Source: Patescibacteria group bacterium
GTDB taxonomy: Bacteria; Patescibacteriota; Patescibacteriia; UBA9570
DNA: 64,000 nt
Direction of reading: 5' to 3'
Assembly (NCBI GenBank): GCA_041665365.1
Contig: JBAYIY010000003.1
Span: 68,260 to 132,259, forward strand
The number at the start of each line of letters is the position of its first letter. The stretch's first letter is position 1. Below the pieces are notes generated by a model. That model worked only from the letters and a program-made list of their open reading frames with translations, made no database searches and was not told where the DNA came from. Below are positions 41,901-49,904 of this stretch, in pieces. Made by a program: the position numbers and the translations under genes.

Positions 41901-44178
41901 TTTCCGCATTGATCTGAGCGATGTCCTGCCAGGCTGACCCATCCCAGCGTGCGCCATACACACCAAGATTGGTCCCTTCCCGCCAGCCGCACAAAATATT
42001 ATCTGTCCCAGGATCTGATTCGCACTCCACCCAGCGCGCAACATCATTACCTTGGTCGACACCGGAATAGTCAATTGAAGATTCACCAGACCAACTAGCG
42101 CCATCCCAAGTTTGATATTTAAGTGCCCCGTCACCTGTGGAACTATTTTCGTAAACTACAATGGCATCACCCGTATCACTTTCATAAGCAATATCAAAGC
42201 CGCGGTAAACATCATTCGTGGTGCCAATACCAGTTTCAAAATCTCCGTTGGTCGGTGCGTTAGTGCCATTAATCCACGCCGAAGTCGGACCATTATAGAT
42301 CTGGACATCTAAATGACCAGAGGCATTCAGCCGCCCCATCGTATATTCATTTCGATTTGGTGCTGATTCAATAATAGTGTGATTCGTATCATCACTCGCG
42401 GTTTCGTCGTCTTGTAGTTGACTTTCAGCGCTTAAATCCGTTGTGCTCCAGGTGCGATAGTGAGGAGTGGTATTATTGGCACCATCTTCGTCATACACTA
42501 ATATGCCTGTACCATCAGGCGTATCCGATGCAATTTGCCATGCTCTATCCTCTTCCCACACAGTGTTGTCTGTGACTAACAATACTAATGGGCCAAGTAA
42601 ATAGAGTTCTGGACTGATGTCAGGGGCGTCAAAGGTATAGCTTAGCTCGTAGGTTTCACCTGCTGTCCAATTCACATCCCAGGTGATGGTTCCACGACTC
42701 ATGGCACCGTCACCTTGATTAGAGATGACAAAATCCTCTGGAAAAGATTCCTGGACGGTACCGACAAAATTCGCTCTGGGTGTTACGCTAAACTCCATAG
42801 TGTAGGGTGCCATTGGCCAAATTCTAGTTGGACCAACTCGTTCAACTTCAAACTCTGGAGCCTTTTCGACATCATAATAATCACTAATCTCGTATTCGCC
42901 ATTGGCGGTGGTGGCCGTTAATTGCAGTTCAAACCGCCCAGTTTCGGAACCGTTATCAAAATAGGTATAATAATCTGGCAGTTCTACCACCGTGTCGCCG
43001 GCACATTCACTGCTGTAGGTAATACTGCCATCATTGGTAGATAGAGTGGTAGCTGTTCCAAGCGGAGAAGTGATAATTAAGTCCAGTTCGGCATCACATA
43101 ATGTGTGACCAGTTTCGTCCAACACTCCCATTTGAATAAAGGCTTGATCATCGGGGGCGAAGGTTCCTTGATTAACGTTGATGGTTAATACTCCCCAACT
43201 AAAGTCACGGGTGATAGTGGTTGTTTTTCCATTTTCATCGACAGTGATTGAAAAAGTATATTTTCCTGGTTTAGTAAAGTTATTTGTTCTGAGTTTATAC
43301 TCGGCATTTGAGTAACCATCCTTGGTTGTATTCTGTAAGTCATATTCAGGAGTTATAGTCTGACCATCCGGATCAATCAGTTCAATTTGTTCAACTGTGC
43401 GTTGCTCAGTAGTAAAACCTAGTTTTCCCCAAAAATCCTCATCTTTAATACCCGCTACAGTAACACTAGGTGTTTGGCCTTGTTCAAAATCGGGAGCGGG
43501 TAGTGTGATTGCTTCGTCAAGTGATGGTTTTTCAGGACGTTGAAACTCTAACTGTACTGCCACACCATCCAGCAACGCTTGTGTGGATTGGTCTGTGGGC
43601 ACCGCATCATATGCAACTTTGATTTTTAGTTGAGACAACGTGGTTTGAATATTATTTGCATCTAGGGTTAAGGGATATGTCCAATACCCACCATGTTTCG
43701 CATTATCATTATCCTCAACGAAGGCGAAAGAATCCAATGGTAGCCAAGTGTTGTCAGTTGTTTGGACAAATAATGAGACAACGTCTTCATTGTCCGTATA
43801 TCCATCAAGCGCGAGAGAAAAAATAACCTCAACTTTATCCAGTGTTTGTCCATCAGGAATGTTACTAGGCCAAACAAAGTCAGAACACACAATACTTGGA
43901 TTGGCTGTAGTTATCTGTTCCGCTGGTTGATTATAAAAGACAGCCGAGTTTTGTTCAGAAAATTGTTTTTTTCCGTCACTGCCTAATAAATCAATCGTGG
44001 TAGCCTGAGCCGCATGTTCCCAACCGACGCAATTAGTCGGTTGAACAGTTAAGGTTAGGCTGTTATTTTTCTCGGCCTTAACTGAAGGTATTGTTTTCCA
44101 ACCAATCAACAAGATAATAAAAAAGATCACTAAACTAAAGGTGCTAGGTAAGTTACGTTGATGTCTAAGTGCAGCCAT
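35902..44178 (-). CDS. Giant (~2,760 aa) secreted Thr/Gly/Ser-rich surface protein (putative adhesin) with internal ~340-aa duplications and a conserved ~165-aa C-terminal domain
   Basis: It is a single uninterrupted ORF. The preferred start is the ATG (MAALRHQ...) just after the upstream stop, followed by a hydrophobic signal or anchor. Two ~340-aa segments are about 70% identical. The last ~165 aa are homologous to the C-terminus of ORF 45616-46677. Confidence 0.7.
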   Translation of the reverse strand: MAALRHQRNLPSTFSLVIFFIILLIGWKTIPSVKAEKNNSLTLTVQPTNCVGWEHAAQATTIDLLGSDGKKQFSEQNSAVFYNQPAEQITTANPSIVCSDFVWPSNIPDGQTLDKVEVIFSLALDGYTDNEDVVSLFVQTTDNTWLPLDSFAFVEDNDNAKHGGYWTYPLTLDANNIQTTLSQLKIKVAYDAVPTDQSTQALLDGVAVQLEFQRPEKPSLDEAITLPAPDFEQGQTPSVTVAGIKDEDFWGKLGFTTEQRTVEQIELIDPDGQTITPEYDLQNTTKDGYSNAEYKLRTNNFTKPGKYTFSITVDENGKTTTITRDFSWGVLTINVNQGTFAPDDQAFIQMGVLDETGHTLCDAELDLIITSPLGTATTLSTNDGSITYSSECAGDTVVELPDYYTYFDNGSETGRFELQLTATTANGEYEISDYYDVEKAPEFEVERVGPTRIWPMAPYTMEFSVTPRANFVGTVQESFPEDFVISNQGDGAMSRGTITWDVNWTAGETYELSYTFDAPDISPELYLLGPLVLLVTDNTVWEEDRAWQIASDTPDGTGILVYDEDGANNTTPHYRTWSTTDLSAESQLQDDETASDDTNHTIIESAPNRNEYTMGRLNASGHLDVQIYNGPTSAWINGTNAPTNGDFETGIGTTNDVYRGFDIAYESDTGDAIVVYENSSTGDGALKYQTWDGASWSGESSIDYSGVDQGNDVARWVECESDPGTDNILCGWREGTNLGVYGARWDGSAWQDIAQINAENGLSTRQDFDVAWEGSSGEGMIVYGDVTAAPFIDASTYTVGSGWSDTTGMTDPGAAVQWLRIADSPNNDYIAVIVQDTASTNTADMNVDMWNGSDWTTITQPTTMDVDINSNGFAQGIDVEWEQGGGDRALFAWRDGTTSETALRWMVFDVSAGQFQTIDDASLCLLTEGGAGTTEQVTNLSAAEDSNGPCSGLGVWADVPSGIDLSPDPSSDKIMLNAEDLTLDLVPESQLWNGASTGTWLTQTATMGAWEADLSTGATLTTSLPTKPYDFAFRASNTANVNVLGTQTSSVTINTTGNSMGGAFSINESLATANITSIMITEYGTVDAQADLDNIKLYYEPDTSAPYNCSSESFAGTETQYGSTDTDGFSSADGTSTFTGSVAITPTSTMCVYVVLDITSGASAGETVELEITTPSTDVAVSTGGIGPAYDREISGATTLVAPTVTVSGTCDAFDQSTDCTDIGTIKVAVDGSVQAQEDTVIAGTWEVTGVTVTTGQIVTVWVDAAASMSDRSGAVAKYDGSGDMTNIPLFKEHLTIGSVDGQTITNGDVGVYDNSVAIGDDDVFWDVSVDNDLTVDAEAQSSQEELYIDDGDTFQPASAGGGDVTSTHIEIGDTATTGVGNWTANNNSITVSGDFIVAGSAAYTATTGGIITFNSTSAAQTFTTGAETYQDITLNNTGSAGATDDLNVDGNLDVNGTFTITDGDLDLAVLDPNVTTTGNVTIGASGLVTKADNGTATWTFDGGAANWSDASSGQDIGLVSINGAPSTVTLTGNARATKVDVTTGDTLALGSSGYTLTLTGSGQGASRPFIVSGTLNEGTNSTVDFIGNAATDIQLESYWNLSVRPSGAVTFHANGGGTFSVLGNLVVGDSATAGIFNLDTNDPTFDVNGNITISAAATLIASGTGTFNVGGNWDNNATFTHSSGTVIFDAADTDNTIECGTSSFSSVTFIGSDGSGTWTMQTDNCTAAGTINVDTSDILTITTVMLTHSGVTLTLNGTISGTGTLRILNTSSGPGAVGTLSSVVRYDASTASIANTTFDARTYGGAVELYANNGAAKSITAAAGNYIFSSTLTTAAGGAGEVTTDLSAATGTTAVASDLTIGATTVFSAPATLNLSGNYTNNGTFTDNSGTVSLVGGSQQTMAGTMTGTSDFNALTITNNSGIDPDASPSVIFSTAATTAGTFTATEANVKIRFNATSTYTLTNIMFDGLDISSRVFLRSSSTGSAWLLAATGTRSVSNTNVKDSNATLSGAVIDATNGTNYCDSGNTNWTCTAGVAITGFIRGTNESTVYDCNADPLTIHVSVNGGANADGSCSADTGAYTVTATTPAAGQPVVVFIDSGETPDGTTITLAADGSAISNLDIYRDRVVLTHESAGPITNANLITADNGDAGILYGMTGSNIAVDSGMELHIKDSKSYDPGGTVTTTSANMHVDDNATAYLDTATNTIAGDLLVDGGATLNIDADTAVTGGDITTAGTSAIVTKSAGTPTVTMTGTGSIGGGTTPTLNFYNLIIGTASSAATTLSNSTSVTNTLNVDTGDSLALSSGVVLTHSGATLILNGTISGAGKLTYQSPTNFPTTGTISAVLRFDSVNNSQAMGARTYGGAVEIYNSSGVARAVTAAAGTLNFSSTLDLSRSGAGTETLELNVSDPTTTIAGALTIGAGTTLSANSTNQLNINGNYTNSGTFTDNSSTVTLAGGSQQTLDGTMTGSSDFNNLTITNTSGTDPDVSPSVIFSASATTAGNFTATTASTKLRFLAGGTYTFQNVSFNGQTITTRVALRSSIAATDWNLNVVGTRSIYNTDVKDSDACGQAPNIDGTAVSNLNSTGNTCWNFESLTFAISDTTVGFGDLTTSNARFATGDLVGFDTTPTVAHTFTIFSSAASGYVITYLGTTLTNTDLDTISAATVTNDTDGSPNSEQFAFGITTNGDGSIVADYNATGGAPEYKFVAGATTPFFSELGTTTTETISAYYLANIASTTEPGTYTTDITYIMTGTF

Positions 44179-44179
44179 C

Positions 44180-45523
44180 TTATTTAGTATGTGTTTTGGT
44201 ATTTTTATGATTGTGCAGATGTACCGACCGTCTTTTATGAATGAACCCAAAGATCCAGAGATACACCAACACAATGATGAGTAGTATGAACAAAACAATC
44301 GCTAACCAATAATATGTAATAAAAATTATTCCAAGATAAAAGCCAACCCCTGGCCATTGTTCAACAATTGTTATAGTTGTTTTGGCGTCAGTAACATTTC
44401 CAGCTTTGTCTAAAGCCAAAACAGTAATGGTATGCTCACCATACGATTGTTCATCTAAGGTTATATTAGTCAGTTTGGCTGGTGTAATCTTGGCAAATAT
44501 TACTTGGCTATCAACTAGCACTGTATAAAAATCTATACCTGAAGTCTCATCTGCTGTGTAAAAATTAAAAGTTGGTCGACGATTTTTTGTAATAGAATCC
44601 GCATTTAAATTAATTGTAAATACTTTTGGAGGAGTATTATCTATCATTATCGTATAGTGGCGAGTTTCGCCCCAACTGGTGTCATTGCCTGATTTCACAT
44701 GAAAATACCAAATGCCATCCTGGCTGTTTGGCAACTCGGCAACGTTGTTGGTTCCTTCCACAGTATCATCTGGAACAGTATCCAGTTTATCATCATAGCT
44801 CCAACTAAAACGGGTCGCCCCAACAATTGGATCGAAACTAATTGTACCGTCATCATTGTTATACCACTGCTTTTGCTCAGATTGTATGCCATTAATAGTA
44901 ATTGGCATGGGTGATGGCAAGGTCTTCTCAGCTGTCGTTTTTTCCTCTTCTGTTAGTGTTTCTTCTGGCTTAATATATTTGGCCTTGTTTTCAACTGATA
45001 CTGGCGGTGGTAATGTTTGTGCTGCGATATTGTAAGTGGCTCCAGCAGCCCCGCCATATATATTCGTTCCTAACCCATCATTGGCCAAAATTTTTCCACC
45101 AACAACACTGAGTACAGCTGATCCATTAGCCCTGGCTTTAAAGGTGATACTAATAATAGTGCCATGCCCGCTATAACCAGGTGAGGCAACTCCACCGGAA
45201 AAGGAAATGGTGCTACTGGAATAAGATGGTTCTGACGTCCAGAGGGTAAAAATACCACCCTTACTAACACTAACAACTTCTAATTTGTCACCCGGATAAG
45301 TAACGGTAGCTTGAGCTGCATTTATTGCCACACCACCTGTATTGATAGCCACGGCAACAGTTTTGGTCTCGCCAATTTTCATGGTTCCCGTGGCAGGTGA
45401 TAATCCCAATGTGGCCATTGCCCAGGCGGATGAAGGAATTAACCAAACTAGTAACCCAACGATCAAGGTGAAAGTGAAAACAGTACTGTTTTTACTAAAC
45501 GTCATATTAAGAGATACTAACAA
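44180..45523 (-). CDS. Cohesin-domain cell-surface protein with a C-terminal transmembrane anchor
   Basis: It has a signal peptide. The cohesin-like block reads AAQATVTYPGDKLEVVSVSKGG...GTIISITFKARANGSAVL. The C-terminal hydrophobic anchor is LAIVLFILLIIVLVYLWIF, followed by a basic tail. Confidence 0.7.
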   Translation of the reverse strand: MLVSLNMTFSKNSTVFTFTLIVGLLVWLIPSSAWAMATLGLSPATGTMKIGETKTVAVAINTGGVAINAAQATVTYPGDKLEVVSVSKGGIFTLWTSEPSYSSSTISFSGGVASPGYSGHGTIISITFKARANGSAVLSVVGGKILANDGLGTNIYGGAAGATYNIAAQTLPPPVSVENKAKYIKPEETLTEEEKTTAEKTLPSPMPITINGIQSEQKQWYNNDDGTISFDPIVGATRFSWSYDDKLDTVPDDTVEGTNNVAELPNSQDGIWYFHVKSGNDTSWGETRHYTIMIDNTPPKVFTINLNADSITKNRRPTFNFYTADETSGIDFYTVLVDSQVIFAKITPAKLTNITLDEQSYGEHTITVLALDKAGNVTDAKTTITIVEQWPGVGFYLGIIFITYYWLAIVLFILLIIVLVYLWIFGFIHKRRSVHLHNHKNTKTHTK

Positions 45524-45615
45524 AATTTTTTATGATTGGCTACAGGTTTATGTGAGGGGTTGATCTCGATTGTATTGTGTGCTATAATAATCCCATTATA
45601 ATAATAATAAAAATT

Positions 45616-46677
45616 ATGAAAAGAAGAATGCAAATATTTGGAAGTGTGATTGTTCTGGTGATGGTATTAGGCTTTTTATTGCCATTACGTCAGGTTCAAG
45701 CCGCTTCATTGACCAATACAAAAGACGTAATGAGTACTGAAACTGCTACAGCCAATGCAAACCACACCATCTCATTTATCTCACCGTCCGCCATTACAAA
45801 TGGATCAACCATTACATTGACATTCCCGGCCGGGTTCGATTTAACTGGTATTATTGAAGATGATATTGACATTGCTGGTTCAACGGAAGGGGAATTAACG
45901 ACCGCGGCTGACTGTACGGGTTCAGAAAAAGCCGGTATTGCTAGCCCTGGTGCCCAAGTTATTACTATTAATTTGTGTGCTGCTGACGGAGGAGATTTTA
46001 CTGGCTCAGAAACTGTTACAATTGAGATCGGTACGAACGCAGCCTCTTCTGGTACAGGAGCTAACCGAATTGATAACCCAGGAGTAGGTGCTTATAAGAT
46101 AGCCATTGGAGGCACTATGACAGACGCTGGGTCTTACGCTGTATCTATTATTGCCGATGATAGTGTTAATATCACGTCTACTGTTAATCCTACACTTACC
46201 TTTGCGATCAGTGATACCGCAATTGGTTTTGGCACATTGACCACGGCTAACGCCAGGTTTGCTACAGGGGATTTAGTTGGTGCTGATACTACTCCAACCA
46301 TTGCTCATACCTTTAGCATTGCTACTAATGCCACTACTGGTTACTCAATCACTTATAATGGAACCACACTGACCAATGCTGATGCTGACACAATTGATGT
46401 TGCCACTATTGCTAGTGATGATGACGGCACACCAAATTCGGAACAATTTGCTTTTGGTGTTACCACTAACGGAGATGGTACTATTGTCCCTGCTTATGAT
46501 GCCAATAGTTCAGCTGAATATAAGTTCATTGCTGGAGCAACTACTCCATTCTTTAGCGAGCTTGGTGCCACTGCTACTGAAACTATTAGTGCATACTACA
46601 TTGCCAATATTGCCGCCACCACTGAGGCCGGTACCTACACTACCGACATTACTTACATTGCAACAGGAACTTTTTAA
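45616..46677 (+). CDS. Secreted protein sharing the ~165-aa C-terminal domain of the giant protein (possible surface-structure subunit)
   Basis: It has a signal peptide after the ATG at 45616. The C-terminus TFAISDTAIGFGTLTTANARFATGDLVGADTTPT...TYTTDITYIATGTF is about 75% identical to the giant protein's C-terminus. Confidence 0.55.
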   Translation: MKRRMQIFGSVIVLVMVLGFLLPLRQVQAASLTNTKDVMSTETATANANHTISFISPSAITNGSTITLTFPAGFDLTGIIEDDIDIAGSTEGELTTAADCTGSEKAGIASPGAQVITINLCAADGGDFTGSETVTIEIGTNAASSGTGANRIDNPGVGAYKIAIGGTMTDAGSYAVSIIADDSVNITSTVNPTLTFAISDTAIGFGTLTTANARFATGDLVGADTTPTIAHTFSIATNATTGYSITYNGTTLTNADADTIDVATIASDDDGTPNSEQFAFGVTTNGDGTIVPAYDANSSAEYKFIAGATTPFFSELGATATETISAYYIANIAATTEAGTYTTDITYIATGTF

Positions 46678-46703
46678 AACTTTTTTCTTAGAAATTTGAA
46701 ACG

Positions 46704-47714
46704 ATGAAAAAATCATTGTTAAAGAGATACAATGTGATAATGATGGTCGTTTTAGTTGGGTTTGGCTTTTTATTCTGCACATCACCGGCTCAGGCACTCA
46801 CTATCATTCCACCCTCCATGGAAATCGATCTCACTCCAGGTGTACCTTATAATGATCAGATTAAACTGTTTAATGAAACAGACTATCCTGTTACACTTTA
46901 TACTGAAATAACGAACTTTACGGCATCCGATGACGGAACAAAACCACAGTATGAATTTGGATTGGAATTAACTGATGTCGCAACTTGGATCCAAGTTGAA
47001 CCAGGTCCCTTTGTGCTGCAACCAAAAGAACGAAGAAGTGTTCCGTTTATTATTAACCCACCAGCAGAGGCTGATCCAGGTGGGCATTATGCGATTATAT
47101 TTTTCTCTAATAACCCACCCCAAATCAAAGAACCAGGTAAGGTCAAAATTGGTTCTAAATTAGGTACACTCATCTTATCTAATGTAGCCGGAGACATTAC
47201 AGAGGCAGGCAGCATTGATAGTTTTTTAACCGTCGATAAGTCTGTTTATTTTAATTATTTGCCAGTGCAACTACAACTGACATTCAATAATACTGGTAAT
47301 GTACACATTCGGCCTTCTGGTACTATTACCATCCAAAATATTTTTGGAAAAACCGTTAAAACACTCGATATCAATACGGTTGGTTCAGCTACTTTGCCTA
47401 AGACTGCCAGAAGTTACCAAACGGTTTGGGAAAAAGCACCAGTTTTGCATACAACGAATAATTGGTTAGGACAATTTTGGGAGGAGTTAAAAAATGAAAA
47501 AGATAATTTTGCTTTTGGAAAATATACTGCCTCCGCTTCACTAGTGGCGGGACAAGATAATCAAATTACAAAACAAGCAGTGGTTAGTTTTTGGGTAATT
47601 CCCTGGAGGCTTCTGATAATATTTTGTGTTGGTGCTATAATTATTTTGTTAGGTTTAATTAGAATGATTAAAGGCTACAATCGTTGGATCATTCGACATG
47701 GACAGAGTAAATAA
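46704..47714 (+). CDS. Secreted protein with a C-terminal transmembrane anchor, function unknown
   Basis: It has an N-terminal signal peptide and a beta-rich ectodomain. The C-terminal helix is WRLLIIFCVGAIIILLGLIRMI, followed by basic residues. Confidence 0.45.
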   Translation: MKKSLLKRYNVIMMVVLVGFGFLFCTSPAQALTIIPPSMEIDLTPGVPYNDQIKLFNETDYPVTLYTEITNFTASDDGTKPQYEFGLELTDVATWIQVEPGPFVLQPKERRSVPFIINPPAEADPGGHYAIIFFSNNPPQIKEPGKVKIGSKLGTLILSNVAGDITEAGSIDSFLTVDKSVYFNYLPVQLQLTFNNTGNVHIRPSGTITIQNIFGKTVKTLDINTVGSATLPKTARSYQTVWEKAPVLHTTNNWLGQFWEELKNEKDNFAFGKYTASASLVAGQDNQITKQAVVSFWVIPWRLLIIFCVGAIIILLGLIRMIKGYNRWIIRHGQSK

Positions 47715-48603
47715 ATTTTCATTTGCAGTGAAGGAAGTGACTAAACAACAAATTCGTTTTCTTCTGACTGTATTATGTGTTAGTTCAAGTTTTTTTATTT
47801 CGCAGCCACTTTTAACTCAGGCCATTGGTGTTAGTTTGACTGCTACAGTGACTGGATCCTCACCAGAAGAGCCAATTACAACCGTCATTATTGAGGGGTT
47901 TGCTTATCCAACAACTAATGTTTCTATCCGAGAAAATGGAAAAATAATAGCGATTACTCCAGCTGACTCCCAAGGATGGTTCACTGTGACCATTAACAAC
48001 ATTAATCCAGGTATTTATACTTTCTCTGTCCACGGGGAAGACATAAAAGGACGAAAAGGCCCAGATATAAATGTTACTGTGGCTATAAGCAAAGGAGTGA
48101 CCATTACCATCTCTGGTATTTATTTAGGGCCAACCATTGCAATTACTCGTAATAATATTTTTTTAGATGAAATAACTACAATACTTGGCACTAGTGTTTC
48201 AGATAGTCGCGTCAACATATTTATTAAGGCAGAAAATAATCAGCAGACAATTTTTAATAAACAGGCTAATCATAACGGGTTTTACTCAAAATCCATCTTA
48301 GGTAGTACTGTAGGCGAGGGTAGATACACAACTTATAGTCGTGTCGTTGCGTCAGACGGAACAATTTCTGATCCTAGTAAAACACTTGTCTTTACTGTTT
48401 CGAATGAAGCAAACACCTCAACTTGCGCCAACTCTTTAGATAGTGATATTAATTGTGATGGGGAAGTAGATTTGATAGATTTTAGCGTCTTGTTGTATTG
48501 GTGGAATCAGGCTAATCCGAGTAATGCCCGGGCCGATATCAATGGCAATGGGTTAGTTGATGTGGTGGATTTTAGTATCATGTTATATTATTGGACCGGA
48601 TGA
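47698..48603 (+). CDS. Secreted Ig-like protein with a C-terminal type-I dockerin domain
   Basis: It has a signal peptide. The C-terminus DSDINCDGEVDLIDFSVLLYWW...DINGNGLVDVVDFSIMLYYW is the canonical duplicated calcium-binding dockerin repeat. Confidence 0.7.
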   Translation: MDRVNKFSFAVKEVTKQQIRFLLTVLCVSSSFFISQPLLTQAIGVSLTATVTGSSPEEPITTVIIEGFAYPTTNVSIRENGKIIAITPADSQGWFTVTINNINPGIYTFSVHGEDIKGRKGPDINVTVAISKGVTITISGIYLGPTIAITRNNIFLDEITTILGTSVSDSRVNIFIKAENNQQTIFNKQANHNGFYSKSILGSTVGEGRYTTYSRVVASDGTISDPSKTLVFTVSNEANTSTCANSLDSDINCDGEVDLIDFSVLLYWWNQANPSNARADINGNGLVDVVDFSIMLYYWTG

Positions 48604-48613
48604 ACTCATACCT

Positions 48614-49753
48614 ATGAAACGTTTTTTCGTGAATAGTTTTATTTATACTCTAAGTTGTAGCTTGTTACTTTTGTTAAATACTACGGCGGCCTCCGCAGCT
48701 AGCTTGTACTTTGAACCGAACACGGCTGTTTGGTCAGTAGGGTCAAACCAAATGATTAATCTTCATATTAGTAGTGATGGGGAGGTAGTGAACTTGGTGC
48801 AAGCGACTATTCAATATCCGCCAGATGTTGTGGAAGTTATTGCCGTGTATCACGGTGGATCATCGTTGACATTATGGCCAGAGGAACCAAGCATCAATGC
48901 TGCTGCTGGCAGCATCACTTTTGCAGCTGGTATACCGAATGGTAGTTTGATCGATACCGGGCAAGTATTAACTCTGGAAGTTCGTCCTAAACAGGCTGGT
49001 ACTGTGCAATTTAGCTTTAATCCAAATCAAACGGCTGTGTACTTGAATGATGGTCTGGCTACGCAGACTACTGTGTCATTCAAAGAGCCGGTTTACGATA
49101 TCATATCAGCCGCTCCTGTTAGTTTGATAGTGACTTCAGCAACGCATCCAGATGAAAATAAATGGTATCAACTTAATGAGTTTAGTGCACAGTGGGAGAA
49201 AAAACCCGATGCGTTATATAGCTTTCATGTCACATCTGATTTAGAACAACTACCTGATGACATTGCAGATGATACCCCACAAGTTGTGACCGGGGAATAT
49301 ACTATCTCCAATTTGTCTGATGGAGTGCATTATTTTATGATTAAAGAATGGTTATCCAATGAAGCTGGCTGGGCAGAACCAGTGATTCGAAAAATTATGG
49401 TGGACAGTACACCACCGACTTCATTTATCCCGCTCGTAAGTCAAACAGAACATGAATTTAACGGTCAGCCATTTCTTGTTTTCGATACCAGTGATTCCGT
49501 TTCTGGTATTGATCATTATGAAATAGTTAAAGGGGGAACAACCACTATTATAACGAAAGGACCTTACCAGTTGGAACAAAAAGATATTACGCAACCAATA
49601 CTGATTCGAGCAGTAGATGCAGCAAACAATAGTACGACCGTATATACTGGAGAGAACGCCACTAATATTAGGCGCAATTATTTTTGGCCAATAACGGCAT
49701 TGGTGGCATTTTTGGCGTTACTACTAGTATATTTGAAAACTCGATTATCCTAA
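48614..49753 (+). CDS. Cohesin-domain cell-surface protein with a C-terminal transmembrane anchor (paralog of 44180-45523)
   Basis: The cohesin-like block is VQATIQYPPDVVEVIAVYHGG...GQVLTLEVRPKQAGTVQF. The conserved middle domain contains SGIDHYEIV. The C-terminal anchor is WPITALVAFLALLLVYL. The ATG at 48614 is preferred. Confidence 0.7.
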   Translation: MKRFFVNSFIYTLSCSLLLLLNTTAASAASLYFEPNTAVWSVGSNQMINLHISSDGEVVNLVQATIQYPPDVVEVIAVYHGGSSLTLWPEEPSINAAAGSITFAAGIPNGSLIDTGQVLTLEVRPKQAGTVQFSFNPNQTAVYLNDGLATQTTVSFKEPVYDIISAAPVSLIVTSATHPDENKWYQLNEFSAQWEKKPDALYSFHVTSDLEQLPDDIADDTPQVVTGEYTISNLSDGVHYFMIKEWLSNEAGWAEPVIRKIMVDSTPPTSFIPLVSQTEHEFNGQPFLVFDTSDSVSGIDHYEIVKGGTTTIITKGPYQLEQKDITQPILIRAVDAANNSTTVYTGENATNIRRNYFWPITALVAFLALLLVYLKTRLS

Positions 49754-49904
49754 CTATTGTATTTGGGATTATTATAATTCACGGACAGTAACATCTTTTA
49801 GATAAGGTTTTGTACTAACTGTATAATTTCTCTAACTCTTCTTAAACAACTTTGATTTTTTCCAGTAGGTGACTTTATATCAATAAATCAGTATAATATG
49901 CCGT

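Noticed and set aside
36293-43930. Many 60-260-aa ORFs on the plus strand inside the giant minus-strand gene (for example 36293-36856, 38300-38542, 38798-39343, 40925-41695)
   Set aside because: They are antisense to a continuous 8.3-kb coding frame. They are Val/Pro/Ala-rich, the mirror image of the Thr/Gly/Ser codons opposite, and they have no start context. Their similarity to one another merely reflects the internal duplication of the sense gene.
44180-44298. Track start of the giant gene at 44298 (MFCSYY...), which overlaps the upstream gene by 119 nt
   Set aside because: The in-frame ATG (MAALRHQ..., about 44178) sits right after the upstream stop and is followed by a hydrophobic signal or anchor. 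The longer N-terminus is probably spurious.
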